Assembly: GCA_050183255.1 (NCBI GenBank)
Contig: JBFXBK010000005.1
Location: 1,203 to 65,202, forward strand
Direction: 5' to 3'
From: Polyangiaceae bacterium
GTDB taxonomy: Bacteria; Myxococcota_A; Polyangia; Polyangiales; Polyangiaceae
DNA: 64,000 nt
Below the pieces are notes generated by a model. That model did not search any database and was not told the origin of the DNA. It saw only the letters and a program-made list of their open reading frames with translations. This document shows, piece after piece, positions 26,971 through 35,396 of this stretch; position 1 is the stretch's first letter; every line of letters begins with the position of its first letter. The translations under genes and the position numbers were made by a program.

Positions 26971-28215
26971 ATGCGCTTTGTGACGCCAGATCCGGCGCTT
27001 GGCGAGGGACGCCAGCACACAGCGAGGCTGACCGCCAAGTACTTCTGCTGCAACGCAGGCGCGGCTTGCTGTGCGTTCCTTCTGGCGGCTTGGGGAGCGA
27101 GCGGCTGCGAGCGCTCAGAGCCTGGTCAGGAGCTACTCGCCGCCTCAGCCTCCGCGACTCTCGACAGCGCTGAAGCTGCGCTAGCGACTCCCAGCGGGAG
27201 CCCAGGCAGTGGGGCGCACCTCCCCCCCAAACCCGGAAGTAGCGCTGAAGGGACCTCGAGCAAACACCCGGCGACGCTCGCGGACCCGCTGAATCCAACG
27301 CGACCGTTCTCCGCGACGCAGCAGACGTACTTGCCGCTGGCGAAGGACTGGCGCGACGCGCTGCCCGCAAAGGAGCTGCAGTTCATGGCGAGTCCGGCGG
27401 AGCGCGGTGGCGTCTTGCCCTGTGAAGCGCCGGATCCCGGCTTCGGCGTACATGAGCCAAGGTGGATCCACGTGCAGCCGATGGGGAACTTCATCGTGCC
27501 GAAGCACCTGAAGCTGGACGAGAGCGGCGGCTTCGATTTGGTCGTGCACTTTCACGGTCAACGGCCAGCGAGCAAGGAGCTAATACGCACCGGCGAAGAC
27601 CTGGTGTTCCTGGGGGTGAGCCTGGGCATCGGCAAAGCGTACGCACCGCCGTTTCACGACGGAAAGCTGTTCCTGCAGCTCATTAGTGGTGTGGAAAAGG
27701 AACTGAGCAAGCGCTTGGGCCGCGCGGCTCACGTGCGTCGCATGGCGCTCTCGGGCTGGAGCCGGGGGTTTGAAGCGATTGGTGAGGTGCTCACTCAACC
27801 ACTCGCTGACAAGGTAGACGCGCTCATCCTGCTCGACAGCTTTCATGGCTCCCGAGACCTGGAGGCGCGCGCCCTGCGCCTCGCGCCGTTCGTCGCGTTC
27901 GGGAAAGCCGCGCTGACGGGTAAGCGCTTCTTCTTCTTGAGTCACTCGGCGATCCCCACGGAAGACTACGCATCCACTACGGAGACGGTGCACTGGTTGG
28001 TGTGGGAGCTCGCTGGCAAGCCCATCCCTGCGCAGCGCAAGGACCCTCTGGGGCTCCAGCTCACAGACTTCTACAGCGCTGGCGACTTCCACGCCCGCGG
28101 CTACGCAGGAAACGGCAAGCTCGACCACTGCGCGCACTTCGGTGTCTACCCTGATGCGATCCGCGCCGTGGCTGAGCGCTGGCGCCGCACGACCGCGGCG
28201 CCCGAAAAGCTCTAA
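26971..28215 (+). CDS. Lipoprotein with an alpha/beta-hydrolase-like GxSxG motif
   Basis: Lipobox LLAAWGASGC, ...DLVVHFHG... and the nucleophile-elbow-like LSGWSRG. I use the ATG at 26971, because the track start at 26851 would overlap the divergent gene. The start is uncertain. Confidence 0.55.
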   Translation: MRFVTPDPALGEGRQHTARLTAKYFCCNAGAACCAFLLAAWGASGCERSEPGQELLAASASATLDSAEAALATPSGSPGSGAHLPPKPGSSAEGTSSKHPATLADPLNPTRPFSATQQTYLPLAKDWRDALPAKELQFMASPAERGGVLPCEAPDPGFGVHEPRWIHVQPMGNFIVPKHLKLDESGGFDLVVHFHGQRPASKELIRTGEDLVFLGVSLGIGKAYAPPFHDGKLFLQLISGVEKELSKRLGRAAHVRRMALSGWSRGFEAIGEVLTQPLADKVDALILLDSFHGSRDLEARALRLAPFVAFGKAALTGKRFFFLSHSAIPTEDYASTTETVHWLVWELAGKPIPAQRKDPLGLQLTDFYSAGDFHARGYAGNGKLDHCAHFGVYPDAIRAVAERWRRTTAAPEKL

Positions 28216-28235
28216 GCGTTTGAATCCGCAGGGAA

Positions 28236-29447
28236 CTAGCAGCCGGCGATGCCCGCGAGCTCTTGAGCGGTGAAGCCCATCAGGTGCAGGAGCGCGTCGA
28301 GACGGCCTTCGTTGTGGTTCAGGCTCATGTCGGCCACTGCCTGGAGCTTCGGCTTGGCGCGGTACGCGATGCCCAGGCCAGCCGTTTGCAGCATGAAGAT
28401 GTCGTTGGCGCCGTCACCGATGGCCACGGTTTGCTCGAGGCGCACCTCATAGGTCTTCGCCATGTCCTTCAAGAGCTGCGCCTTGCGCTGGGGGTCGACG
28501 ATGGTGCCCAGCACGTTGCCGGTGAGCAGACCATCCTTCACCTCGAGCTCGTTGGCGAACGCGAAGTCCAGGCTGAAGCGCTGGCGGAGTTCGTCGACGA
28601 AGAAGTCGAAGCCGCCGCTCACGAGGCCCACGCGGAAGCCCAGGCTCTTCAAGATCTTCACGAACGTCTCGGCGCCGGGGTTCAACTCGAAGCGATCGCT
28701 CAAGCTGCGCGCGCGCTCCATCGGGAGCCCTTCCAGCAGCTTCACGCGTTCGCGGAGCGCGCCGGAGAAGTCCAGCTCACCAGCCATGGCGCGCTTGGTG
28801 ATCTCGGCTACGCGATCCTTCACGCCGCACAGCTCCGCGAGCTCGTCAATGAACTCGCCGTTCACGAACGTCGAGTCGACGTCCATGCACACCAGGCGCT
28901 TGTTGCGGCGGAATATGTCGTCGCGCTGCACAGCCATGTCGACGTGCAGGCGGGCTCCCATGGCGAGCAGATCCCCACGCAGCTCCATCACGTCGGTGTC
29001 GGTGAGCTCCTTTTCCTCGGAGTCAGCGATCAGCTCGACGCCGCTGAAGCCGTCGTCCGAGAGCGGGCGGATCTGGCGGATGTTCAGGTTCTTGCCGGCG
29101 ATGTAGCGGGTGATCTCGGCGAGAGACGAACCGTCACCCAGCGCGCCGAGGAAGCTGACGCACAGCGCGCTGCGGGGAGGGAACGGTGTCTCCTCCATTT
29201 CCGCGGTGAAAGGCGCGACGTCCACCTTCAGGCCCAAGGCGCTGACGGAGAACAAGATCTCACGCAGGGCGCCGGAGGTCGTCGGCAAGTCGATCACCGC
29301 GCTCAGGTTCAAGTAGCCGTGGAGTACGGACTGGCCGATGTTGACGAGCCTCGCGTGCTCCGACGCGATGACTTCGGCGAGCTTGGCGGTAACGCCAGGG
29401 CGGTCGGGCCCGGCGACGTGGAGGATGATGCGATCGTTCTGTGCCAT
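28236..29447 (-). CDS. serB: Phosphoserine phosphatase with N-terminal ACT domains
   Basis: ACT-like N-terminus IILHVAGPDRPGVTAKLAEVI. HAD motifs are CMDVDSTF and GDGANDIFMLQTAGLGIAY. Confidence 0.9.
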   Translation of the reverse strand: MAQNDRIILHVAGPDRPGVTAKLAEVIASEHARLVNIGQSVLHGYLNLSAVIDLPTTSGALREILFSVSALGLKVDVAPFTAEMEETPFPPRSALCVSFLGALGDGSSLAEITRYIAGKNLNIRQIRPLSDDGFSGVELIADSEEKELTDTDVMELRGDLLAMGARLHVDMAVQRDDIFRRNKRLVCMDVDSTFVNGEFIDELAELCGVKDRVAEITKRAMAGELDFSGALRERVKLLEGLPMERARSLSDRFELNPGAETFVKILKSLGFRVGLVSGGFDFFVDELRQRFSLDFAFANELEVKDGLLTGNVLGTIVDPQRKAQLLKDMAKTYEVRLEQTVAIGDGANDIFMLQTAGLGIAYRAKPKLQAVADMSLNHNEGRLDALLHLMGFTAQELAGIAGC

Positions 29448-29659
29448 GGCTTTGGACTCCAGTTCACGGAGCAGGCTCCCAATAACGCGCTGCCAGAGCG
29501 GGCCGCAAGCTCACGGGCGGGAGGCCCGGGGCGAGCCGGCCAAAGCCCAGGAATTTGAGCGGCTCGGGAGGAATTTCACTCTGAGTGAACGCAGGATGGC
29601 GCCAGCTGTGGGCGTTGTGTCAGGCCGCGTACGCGCTTGCGCGGCTATGCTTCAGTCAA

Positions 29660-29989
29660 ATGGCGACCCAGAACTCGAAATGGATCACCGTGTTTCGAAA
29701 CCGCCTGCGCGCTGACGCGGGCACTGACTACGGCGACGTCGCGACCCGCATGCGTGAGCTGGCGAAGAGCATGCCGGGCTACGTGAGCTTCAAGACCTTC
29801 ACCGCGGAAGACGGCGAGCGCGTGAGCATCATCGAGTTCGACTCCCTCGAGAGCTTGCTCGGTTGGAAGAACCACCCAGAGCACCGCGCGGCTCAGGAAC
29901 GTGGGCGCGAGGCCTACTACGAGGAGTACTCGGTGCAGTCCGCCGAGGTCGCCCGGGAGTACCGCTTCCGCCTCGAGCGGGACGCCTGA
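29660..29989 (+). CDS. Antibiotic biosynthesis monooxygenase (ABM) domain protein
   Basis: About 110 aa. KWITVFRNRLRADA..., GYVSFKTFTAEDGERVSIIEFDSLESLLGWKNHPEH and related segments are typical of the ABM ferredoxin-like fold. ATG at 29660. Confidence 0.7.
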   Translation: MATQNSKWITVFRNRLRADAGTDYGDVATRMRELAKSMPGYVSFKTFTAEDGERVSIIEFDSLESLLGWKNHPEHRAAQERGREAYYEEYSVQSAEVAREYRFRLERDA

Positions 29990-30101
29990 AGACTCTGCGC
30001 TCCACGGGAACGCATTGTTGCCGCGCTTGCTAGGCGCTGCCCAGTGCCGCCACACTCATCGCTGCGCTCGAGAGTGTGGGTGCGGAAACGGCTCGCTGAA
30101 G

Positions 30102-30977
30102 ATGAAACAGATCCCACGGCGTGAGGTGCTTGGCAACTTGGTCACCTTGGCTTCTGCCAGCGTGCTCGGCGCAGGTGGGCTCCTGGGTTGCGACACGGGA
30201 GCGCCCGAGGCGCGCTCCGCGACGCGCACCACTCAGCCGCTGCCAGCACGCCGTGTGCCACGCCAGTTCCGCAGCATGCCCACGGCTGAAGGCCGCGGCG
30301 CGATCGTGCATCGCATCTTTCCTGTGCCGGGCTTCCGTCACCTCGATCCGTTCGTCGTGCTCGATGACTTCGAGGTCGCACAACCTGCTGGTTTTCCGGA
30401 TCACCCGCACCGTGGGTTCGAAGCCTTCACCTACATGATCGAGGGCGCGTTTCATCACAAGGACAACCTGGGCAATGACAGCATCATCACTGCGGGCGGT
30501 ACCCAGCGCTTCACTTCAGGCAGTGGTGCGCGCCACTCGGAGATGCCTGGTGCAGGCACGAACAATCGGGGCCTGCAGCTGTGGGTGAACCTCCCGCGCA
30601 TCAAGAAGCAAATCGACCCGAGCTACGCCGGGACGCCCCATCAAGAGCTGCCGCTGATAAAAACCGCAGGGAAAACCACCCGACGCATCGTGGGTGAAGG
30701 CTCGCCCGTCAAGCTCGAGACAGCGGTGTTCTACGAGGATGTGAGCCTCGACGCCGGCTCGACCCACTCGGTGAGCCTGCCTGAGGACAACAACCACTTG
30801 CTCTACCTGATCTCCGGGGAGGTTCAGGCCCAGGGCGTGAAGCTCGCGATGCGCGAAGGCATCCTCCCGCTCTCCGGGCAGCTCGACATCTCAGCGAGGC
30901 GCCCCTCGCGCTTCGTGGTTTTGAGCGGGCGTCCCCATCGCGAGCCGATCTACCTGCGCGGCCCGTTCGTCGATTAG
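30102..30977 (+). CDS. Pirin family cupin with a Tat-like signal and a lipobox
   Basis: MKQIPRREVLGNLVTLASASVLGAGGLLGC has an RR motif and a lipobox. The pirin core is GFPDHPHRGFEAFTYMIEG. ATG at 30102. Confidence 0.8.
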   Translation: MKQIPRREVLGNLVTLASASVLGAGGLLGCDTGAPEARSATRTTQPLPARRVPRQFRSMPTAEGRGAIVHRIFPVPGFRHLDPFVVLDDFEVAQPAGFPDHPHRGFEAFTYMIEGAFHHKDNLGNDSIITAGGTQRFTSGSGARHSEMPGAGTNNRGLQLWVNLPRIKKQIDPSYAGTPHQELPLIKTAGKTTRRIVGEGSPVKLETAVFYEDVSLDAGSTHSVSLPEDNNHLLYLISGEVQAQGVKLAMREGILPLSGQLDISARRPSRFVVLSGRPHREPIYLRGPFVD

Positions 30978-31161
30978 GCGCGCGGACGTCTCGCAGGGTG
31001 CAACCTTTGCACATCAGTGCCCGACTTCAGGTCAGGATCGATCGGGGGTGAGGCGCGCCGCTTCTGCACCCGTGCTCCAACGTGAGGCGCAGATAGCCTC
31101 GCGCTTCTCAGTGTCGAGTTCAGCCGTTGACGATGGCATCCCGACGTGACAGAGCCGGCCC

Positions 31162-31986
31162 ATGTCGATGCGCGGTTTGCGACGAGTGGTGATGCTGTCA
31201 GTGCTGGGTTTCAGCTGTATCAGCGCCGCTCACGCCGAAGAGGGGAAACAGAAGGAAGCGGCACCGGAAGCGAGCGACGTGCCCGACGATGTGCCGAGCG
31301 ATGCCGATGACTCCGACGACGACTCCAAGTCAGACGAGAACGATGGCGACGACGCAAAGTCCGACGACGACGCAAAGTCCGACGACGACGCAAAGTCCGA
31401 CGACGACGCAAAGCCCGACGACGACGCAAAGCCCGACGACGACGCAAAGCCCGACGACGACGAAGACGAGAAAGAAGATCCGATCGTCTCGTTGAAGGAC
31501 AGCCGTGAGTTCCGTGTCGTGGCGCGCAGCTTGCGCCTCAAGGAGTCGAGCGCGGCGCGTCTCCGCGAGGTAGCGAACCTGTATCGCAAGGCCACGCGGC
31601 AGAAGTTGGTGGTGACCGGAGGCGATCGCACCGCTCAGCGCCAGGCAGAGCTGATGTTCAAGAAGCTCAAGTCGGGCGAGGACGTGATCAAGCTCTATGC
31701 CCGTACCGATTTGGCGAAGGCCATCGTCGAGGTCTACAAGGATGCTCGCGCCGAGGGCGTGACCCGCAAGGGCACGATCATCCGCATGCGCAAGCTGATC
31801 CAGCAGCAGATGGATGAAGGCCAGTTCATCTCACGGCACCTGAACTTCACCGCTGCGGACGTGCGCTCCCGCGGCCTGACCGCCGATCGCATCAAAGCAT
31901 TGCGTGAAGCCGTGAAGGCCGTCGATGGCGTGTCGCTGATCGACGAGCGCGACGGCGCCGCGCCCTGTTTTCACCTGAGCCTCTGA
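31162..31986 (+). CDS. Secreted protein with a poly-acidic DDDAK(S/P) repeat region and a C-terminal LAS/M15-like domain
   Basis: Signal peptide MSMRGLRRVVMLSVLGFSCISAAHA. Six DDDAKS/P repeats follow. The C-terminus carries VVTGGDRTAQRQ, SRHLNFTAADV (an SxHxxxxAxD pattern) and a terminal CFHLSL, which resembles the H-x6-D...H zinc motif of M15/LAS peptidases. Confidence 0.6.
   Translation: MSMRGLRRVVMLSVLGFSCISAAHAEEGKQKEAAPEASDVPDDVPSDADDSDDDSKSDENDGDDAKSDDDAKSDDDAKSDDDAKPDDDAKPDDDAKPDDDEDEKEDPIVSLKDSREFRVVARSLRLKESSAARLREVANLYRKATRQKLVVTGGDRTAQRQAELMFKKLKSGEDVIKLYARTDLAKAIVEVYKDARAEGVTRKGTIIRMRKLIQQQMDEGQFISRHLNFTAADVRSRGLTADRIKALREAVKAVDGVSLIDERDGAAPCFHLSL
31345..31452 (+). repeat. Six tandem 18-bp coding repeats (GAC GAC GAC GCA AAG TCC/CCC)
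   Basis: Three copies end in TCC (Ser) and three end in CCC (Pro). They encode (G/D)DDAK(S/P) x6. Confidence 0.9.
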
Positions 31987-31998
31987 CCCCAACGCTGT

Positions 31999-32049
31999 GT
32001 GCCCGCTTGAGCGGGCACCTACGCTTGCAGTGCCCGCTTGAGCGGGCAC
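31999..32049. repeat. Two identical copies of the 20-nt palindrome GTGCCCGCTTGAGCGGGCAC, 31 nt apart, between convergent genes; likely a bidirectional terminator hairpin
   Basis: Copy 1 (31999-32018) lies between the stop codons of the convergent genes. Copy 2 (32030-32049) encodes the C-terminal ECPLKRA of the minus-strand DUF2293 gene. Each forms an 8-bp GC-rich stem with a TTGA loop. Confidence 0.6.
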
Positions 32050-32711
32050 TCTGGAGGGATTGGCGCGCCTCGTCGGTAGCGTTCTAGGAGCGCCTTCGAG
32101 CGCTGCGCCAGTTGTCGCCGCACCTCACGGCGCATGCCTTTGACGCGTGGAATTTTCATGTCGTCGTAGGCCGTGGTCTGGTGGCGCATCCAGGCGATGG
32201 TCGCGGCGCGGGCGCGCTCCTCGATGGAGATGCGCTTGGTGCGCGCGACGGTGCCGCTGCCCACAGGGGTCGCGTGGCGAGCGATGGCGCTCGCCATTTG
32301 CTTGGCGAGCGCGGCGTGCTGCGGCGCAAACTCGAGGAAGTCGAAGACTTCGCGCTCGAAGTCTTCGGCGTACTCCGCTTGCTCGGTCTCGCGCTTGGCC
32401 CGCGCTGCATCGAGCTTGCGTCGGTACGCTGGATCTTGGCGTTCGGCCGCGAGCGCTGCCGTGATGCGCTCGACGCGCTCCGCCGGCGCCCAGATCCCCC
32501 GGGAAAAGAGCTTGCGGCCCTTTTTCTCCTGCACCAGCCAGTGGTCGCCTTCGGCCTTGATGCGCCGACTGAGCGCTGGGTCTCCCGGCGGCACCAGCAC
32601 CCAGTCGCTCGGCGCGACGCGGTACTCACCGGACTCCGTCTTCACCTCGCGGGGGGAGCGGCCGGGGGCGACGATGCTGCCTGGCTTGGCTGTGCTCTTT
32701 GGAGCGGACAT
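32019..32711 (-). CDS. DUF2293 domain protein
   Basis: The C-terminal half, ...ARAATIAWMRHQTTAYDDMKIPRVKGMRREVRRQL..., matches the DUF2293 pattern (xxRHxxTxYDxxL). The central part is a charged helical region. Confidence 0.55.
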   Translation of the reverse strand: MSAPKSTAKPGSIVAPGRSPREVKTESGEYRVAPSDWVLVPPGDPALSRRIKAEGDHWLVQEKKGRKLFSRGIWAPAERVERITAALAAERQDPAYRRKLDAARAKRETEQAEYAEDFEREVFDFLEFAPQHAALAKQMASAIARHATPVGSGTVARTKRISIEERARAATIAWMRHQTTAYDDMKIPRVKGMRREVRRQLAQRSKALLERYRRGAPIPPECPLKRALQA

Positions 32712-32749
32712 CGCGCCGACGTATCACACGTCGCGCGGACCTGTCACGG

Positions 32750-33217
32750 CTAGGCCGCGCAGCGAGTGAGGTCGCTGCTTCGATGCGTGTGAGACGCTGC
32801 AGCGCCTCTGCGCCAGGCACCGGGACGCACGCCGAAGTGACGATAGAAGGCGCGGCTGAGCGCGAACTCGGAGTCGTAGCCCACCTCGTCGGCGATGGCG
32901 GCGAGGCCCTCGTCGGTCTCCAGGAGTAGCCGCGATGCCTTTTCCATGCGGAACTCGCGAAGCACACTGAGCGGCGGCTTACCGAGCGCCTCGTTGAAGC
33001 GACGGTTCAACACAGGGCGTGACGTGCCGAGCTCCTTCGCGATCGACTCAACCGTCCAGCGGGTGTCGGGACGAGCGCGGAACAGCTCGAGGGCCGCACT
33101 CACCAATGGATCCGCGTCGCCCGCGATCTCCGACTCGGCTTCCGCGGCGGGCTCGATGTGTTCCTCGCTGTACGGTTGTTCGCGGTCTTGCCCCATTGGC
33201 TGATCATTGCGCCTCAC
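32750..33217 (-). CDS. AraC-family transcriptional regulator (HTH domain only, 155 aa)
   Basis: WTVESIAKELGTSRPVLNRRFNEALGKPPLSVLREFRMEKASRLLLETDEGLAAIADEVGYDSEFALSRAFYRHFGVRPGAWRR is a canonical double-HTH AraC domain. Confidence 0.85.
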   Translation of the reverse strand: MRRNDQPMGQDREQPYSEEHIEPAAEAESEIAGDADPLVSAALELFRARPDTRWTVESIAKELGTSRPVLNRRFNEALGKPPLSVLREFRMEKASRLLLETDEGLAAIADEVGYDSEFALSRAFYRHFGVRPGAWRRGAAASHTHRSSDLTRCAA

Positions 33218-33316
33218 CCCCGACCCGCAAGCCCCGAGCGTTTTGGGTATGCGATTGCGTGGGTTTTGAGCGCCTTGGTCATGGGCGAAACGCGCGAAGT
33301 CCGTCAGTTCTCAGGC

Positions 33317-33910
33317 ATGCCTAAGAAGAGCGAGCCTGACAGAGATCCCAAGAAGCCCGAGGCCTCGCGCATGGCGCAGCTCGGTGAGCGCTTGTTCGCG
33401 ACGCGTACCTTGCTGGTGTTTGGGGAGATCACGATGGATGTGGCGGAGCTCACGAGCGCGCAGCTCCTCGCGCTGGCGGCGGACGGTGATCGCCCGATCC
33501 GCCTGGTGATTCACTCGCCGGGCGGTCATGTGGAGAGCGCTGACACGATCTTCGACTTGGTGCGCGCCATCCCAGCGCCAGTGTCGATGATCGGGACCGG
33601 TTGGGTCGCGAGCGCAGGTGCGTTGATCTACTCGAGCGTGCCTCGAGAGAGGCGGTTCGCCTTACCCAACACGCGCTTCCTCTTGCACCAGCCCCTTGGC
33701 GGTATGAGTGGTCCCGCTGCAGACGTGGAGATCGAGGCGCGTCAGATTGGTCTCATGCGGAAACGCCTGATCAAGACCTTTGCTGAAGCGACGGGGCAGA
33801 CGGAAGAGCGGATCGAGCGTGACAGCGATCGCAACTACTGGCTCACTGCACCGGAGGCCGTCGAGTACGGCTTGGTGGGACGCGTGATCAGTGGGTTGGG
33901 GGAGGTGTGA
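33317..33910 (+). CDS. clpP: ClpP-family serine protease subunit (paralogue, no clpX adjacent)
   Basis: Motifs IRLVIHSPGGHV, GWVASAGALI (Ser nucleophile context), RFLLHQPLGG (His) and DRNYWLTAPEAVEYGLV. The start is ambiguous (ATG at 33317 or 33281). Confidence 0.8.
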   Translation: MPKKSEPDRDPKKPEASRMAQLGERLFATRTLLVFGEITMDVAELTSAQLLALAADGDRPIRLVIHSPGGHVESADTIFDLVRAIPAPVSMIGTGWVASAGALIYSSVPRERRFALPNTRFLLHQPLGGMSGPAADVEIEARQIGLMRKRLIKTFAEATGQTEERIERDSDRNYWLTAPEAVEYGLVGRVISGLGEV

Positions 33911-34042
33911 TGTCGGGCCGCTGATCGCTACTCGCTGGCCGAAGAGGTCGGCAATGCCAGGGTTCTCGCCTTGACTGAAGCTTCCAAAATGTAGTGCGGA
34001 AATAGTGTTTGCAGCGATTCCACGGGATGCTTCGCGGCCGGG

Positions 34043-35317
34043 CTAGCGAGGGACCGACACCATCGCCGTGCGCTCGCCCTGATGCGCCGGATCGTCCTTG
34101 CGGAACAGCAGCGTGAAGGCGATGAAGCCGACCCACAATGCGGCGAGGTGATGCAGCATCGGCGCTCCTCCGAGGCGCTCGAACAGCGCGCTCGAGACGG
34201 GCGGACCTATCAGCATGCCCGCGGCGTAGAACGCGTTGTAGATCGCGGTTGCGCGGCTGTAGTCCTTTGAAGGAACCACCAAGCCCTGGAGGGCGAGGCT
34301 CATGGGGGAAATGCTGGCGAGGGTGGCGCCAGCGACGAACACCGCGCCGAGCATCAGCGGGAAGCTGTCGAGCCAAGCAAACGAAGCGATCATCACGGTG
34401 CCAATGATCGCGAGGGTGCGCATCGTGATCAGGTGCCCGAAGCGATCCCCGATACGGCCCGCGGGATTCGTAAACAGCACCATGCCGAGGGCGAAGCATG
34501 CAGTGACGTAGATCGTGTCTGCCTTGCTGACGTGCTTGTCGGTCATCAAGAACAGCGGCAGAAAGAGCACGACGCTGGCCTGGAAGTAGCCGTACGCGAA
34601 GGTCGCGAAGCAGCTGGTCTTGATACGCCAGAGCACACCCAGGCTGCCAAGCTCCTTGGGTTCATGGGATGGGTCTACGGCTGCACGCTCTGGCTGAGCT
34701 TCGACGGACTCTGCAGCGTCAGGCGCCGCGCGATCGTCGGTGCCTATTTCCGCGTGGCGACTCAGGAAGACGAGGAAGTAGACGGCCACCGCAAGGGCCA
34801 GCGCGCCTGCGACGCTGAAGGCGGCTGACAGCGGCCACACGGTAGCCAAGCCTCGGCTCACCAGAGGCCCTAGGATGTAGCCCAGCGCCATGAAGACGGC
34901 GTACAAGCTGGTGACGAGCGCCTTCTGACCCGGCTGCGCGCGCGCCAGGAGCACTGTCTCACAGCTCACCCAAATGCTGACGGACGCAGCTCCGTCGATG
35001 AACCGGAGCCCAGCGATACCGTAGAAGTTGGTTACGTGGGGAAACGCCAGAGTCACCACCGCGTAGGCAGCTACGGCACAGGTAACGAGCGCTTTGGCTG
35101 AAAAGCGCCGAATCAATGCGCCGGCGGGGATGCTCAGGCAGACGATGCCGCCTGCGAAGGCAGCGGCCAGGTTGCCAATCTCGCGCTTCTGGAAGCCGCG
35201 CTCATCGAGGTACACCGCGATCACGCTCAGCGCGACTCCGTACGCCAGCCCGAGCGCCAACGTGCCCAGGTACACGTGACGAATGTCCGGGTCTTTGAGG
35301 GGATTGGTCGAGCTCAC
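34043..35317 (-). CDS. MFS transporter
   Basis: About 12 hydrophobic segments. MFS motif-A-like GALIRRFSAK and AGRIGDRFGH occur in the two halves. Confidence 0.8.
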   Translation of the reverse strand: MSSTNPLKDPDIRHVYLGTLALGLAYGVALSVIAVYLDERGFQKREIGNLAAAFAGGIVCLSIPAGALIRRFSAKALVTCAVAAYAVVTLAFPHVTNFYGIAGLRFIDGAASVSIWVSCETVLLARAQPGQKALVTSLYAVFMALGYILGPLVSRGLATVWPLSAAFSVAGALALAVAVYFLVFLSRHAEIGTDDRAAPDAAESVEAQPERAAVDPSHEPKELGSLGVLWRIKTSCFATFAYGYFQASVVLFLPLFLMTDKHVSKADTIYVTACFALGMVLFTNPAGRIGDRFGHLITMRTLAIIGTVMIASFAWLDSFPLMLGAVFVAGATLASISPMSLALQGLVVPSKDYSRATAIYNAFYAAGMLIGPPVSSALFERLGGAPMLHHLAALWVGFIAFTLLFRKDDPAHQGERTAMVSVPR

Positions 35318-35396
35318 GGCGGCACCGTCGTACTACAAACGCGAACGGGCGCGAGACTCCTCGCGCCCGTTCACTACTTCGTTGCCTCGCGCTACC

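Noticed and set aside
28263-29558. 431-aa ORF antisense to serB
   Set aside because: The minus strand carries the DVDSTF and GDGAND HAD motifs and ACT domains. The plus-strand product is rich in Val/His/Ala/Glu/Arg and has no motifs.
31345-31452. Tandem 18-bp repeats considered as a possible CRISPR or mini-satellite (also 47845-47895 and 48049-48110 in sucB)
   Set aside because: The repeats are contiguous with no spacers, are in frame, and encode DDDAK(S/P) or Ala/Pro linker peptides inside well-supported genes. They are not CRISPR arrays.
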